This document shows, piece after piece, positions 63,340-64,000 of a DNA stretch of 64,000 nt (position 1 is its first letter; each line of letters starts with the position of its first letter). The stretch comes from Dictyostelium discoideum (Eukaryota), in NCBI GenBank assembly GCA_000004695.1, contig CM000153.2, positions 3,040,001 to 3,104,000 on the forward strand, read 5' to 3'. The notes below the pieces were generated by a model. The model ran no database searches. It had not been told where the DNA came from and saw only the letters and a list, made by a program, of their open reading frames with translations. A program made the translations under genes and the position numbers.

Positions 63340-64000
63340 ATGATGGTAAAAATTAAAAATATTATAATATTATTTTGTATTTTTGGACTATTATCAAATG
63401 TTTCATCATTGTCATCGTCATCATCATCATCACAATCCAGTGATAACAATGGTAATTTAAGTCCAATTCAAGATTATGATCTTGAATTTCTTAGTAAACA
63501 TTTAACAACAAAAACACCATATTGGATTTTAACTAAAAATGGTGACTCAAATAGTCAAGGAGATGGTAGTAGTGGTAATAGTAATAGTAATAGTAATAGT
63601 AATAGTAATAGTAATAGTAATAGTGATAGTAGTAATGAACCACCAGAACAATGTAAATTAATATCAATAGATTTTATAGCACGTCATGGATCGAGAATGC
63701 CAGTTTTAAATTCAATTGAAAAATTAAAAGAAATGACAACAAGTATATTAGAATATAAAGAACAAGTTAATCAAGGGTTTAATTGGATATTTAATTATAG
63801 TGTACCCTATCCAAGTGATATTGCTGGTAATTTAATATTACAAGGTCAATATGAACATTACAATATCTCAAAACGTCTATTGAAAAAGTATCCACTATTC
63901 TTTGAACCAATGAAATACAAACCACAATCCTATTCAATTACATCCACTGCCATATCACGTACTGGTATTAGTGCAAGTGCATTCTCCTATGGTTTATTAC
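63340..64000 (+). CDS. Histidine acid phosphatase, MINPP1 (multiple inositol polyphosphate phosphatase)-like, with a signal peptide. The 3' end lies beyond the window.
   Basis: MMVKIKNIIILFCIFGLLSNVSS (signal), Ser/Asn repeats, then the catalytic motif ...FIARHGSRMP... (RHGxRxP). Preceded by an (AC)9 microsatellite at 63315..63332. Confidence 0.7.
   Translation, partial: MMVKIKNIIILFCIFGLLSNVSSLSSSSSSSQSSDNNGNLSPIQDYDLEFLSKHLTTKTPYWILTKNGDSNSQGDGSSGNSNSNSNSNSNSNSNSDSSNEPPEQCKLISIDFIARHGSRMPVLNSIEKLKEMTTSILEYKEQVNQGFNWIFNYSVPYPSDIAGNLILQGQYEHYNISKRLLKKYPLFFEPMKYKPQSYSITSTAISRTGISASAFSYGLL

Overview
This 64-kb window reads as nuclear DNA of a dictyostelid social amoeba, most consistent with Dictyostelium discoideum. 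The evidence is about 78% A+T, very long homopolymer A/T runs, (AAT)n/(CAA)n coding microsatellites giving poly-Asn/Gln/Thr tracts, short AT-rich GT..AG introns, and tRNA-gene-associated non-LTR retrotransposons. It is not prokaryotic: no operons, CRISPR or defence systems are present. The ORF track uses alternative start codons, so many leading 'M's are not ATG. Gene models were built by hand from the sequence.

Gene content, left to right:
- A tandem pair of genes for large type-I membrane glycoproteins with an IPT/TIG-like repeat and an EGF-like module. Copy 1 is 5'-truncated by the window edge; copy 2 is complete but frameshifted.
- A 3-exon BCP-type peroxiredoxin.
- A MEAF6/Eaf6-like NuA4 subunit.
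- Ribosomal protein L17 (uL22).
- A DH-PH RhoGEF.
- SCAR/WAVE (scrA).
- A six-exon PA14 plus Cys-rich (Psi-family-like) secreted protein.
- A RAD51 paralog.
- Spt4 and Vps28.
- An NCS2 nucleobase permease.
- Cofactor-dependent phosphoglycerate mutase.
- A roughly 1900-aa protein with repeated ASH/MSP-like beta-sandwich domains.
- Nbp35/NUBP1, an RNF5-like RING E3, tRNA-splicing endonuclease subunit Sen54, a LysM protein and a MINPP-like histidine acid phosphatase.
- Several low-complexity orphan proteins.

Two tRNA-Asp(GUC) genes lie in opposite orientation. The plus-strand copy is followed about 114 bp downstream by a nest of TRE3-type non-LTR retrotransposon fragments (APE endonuclease plus reverse transcriptase), interrupted by a 100-N assembly gap. 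Two further copies of the same element sit head-to-head around a second 100-N gap, forming a roughly 2.2-kb inverted repeat.

The most interesting observations are the retroelement nest and inverted pair, a possible minimal TRE5-type footprint (15-bp duplication flanking A16) upstream of the minus-strand tRNA-Asp, the tandem recognition-receptor-like gene pair, and an Nbp35 with a tandem Cys-Cys repeat insertion.
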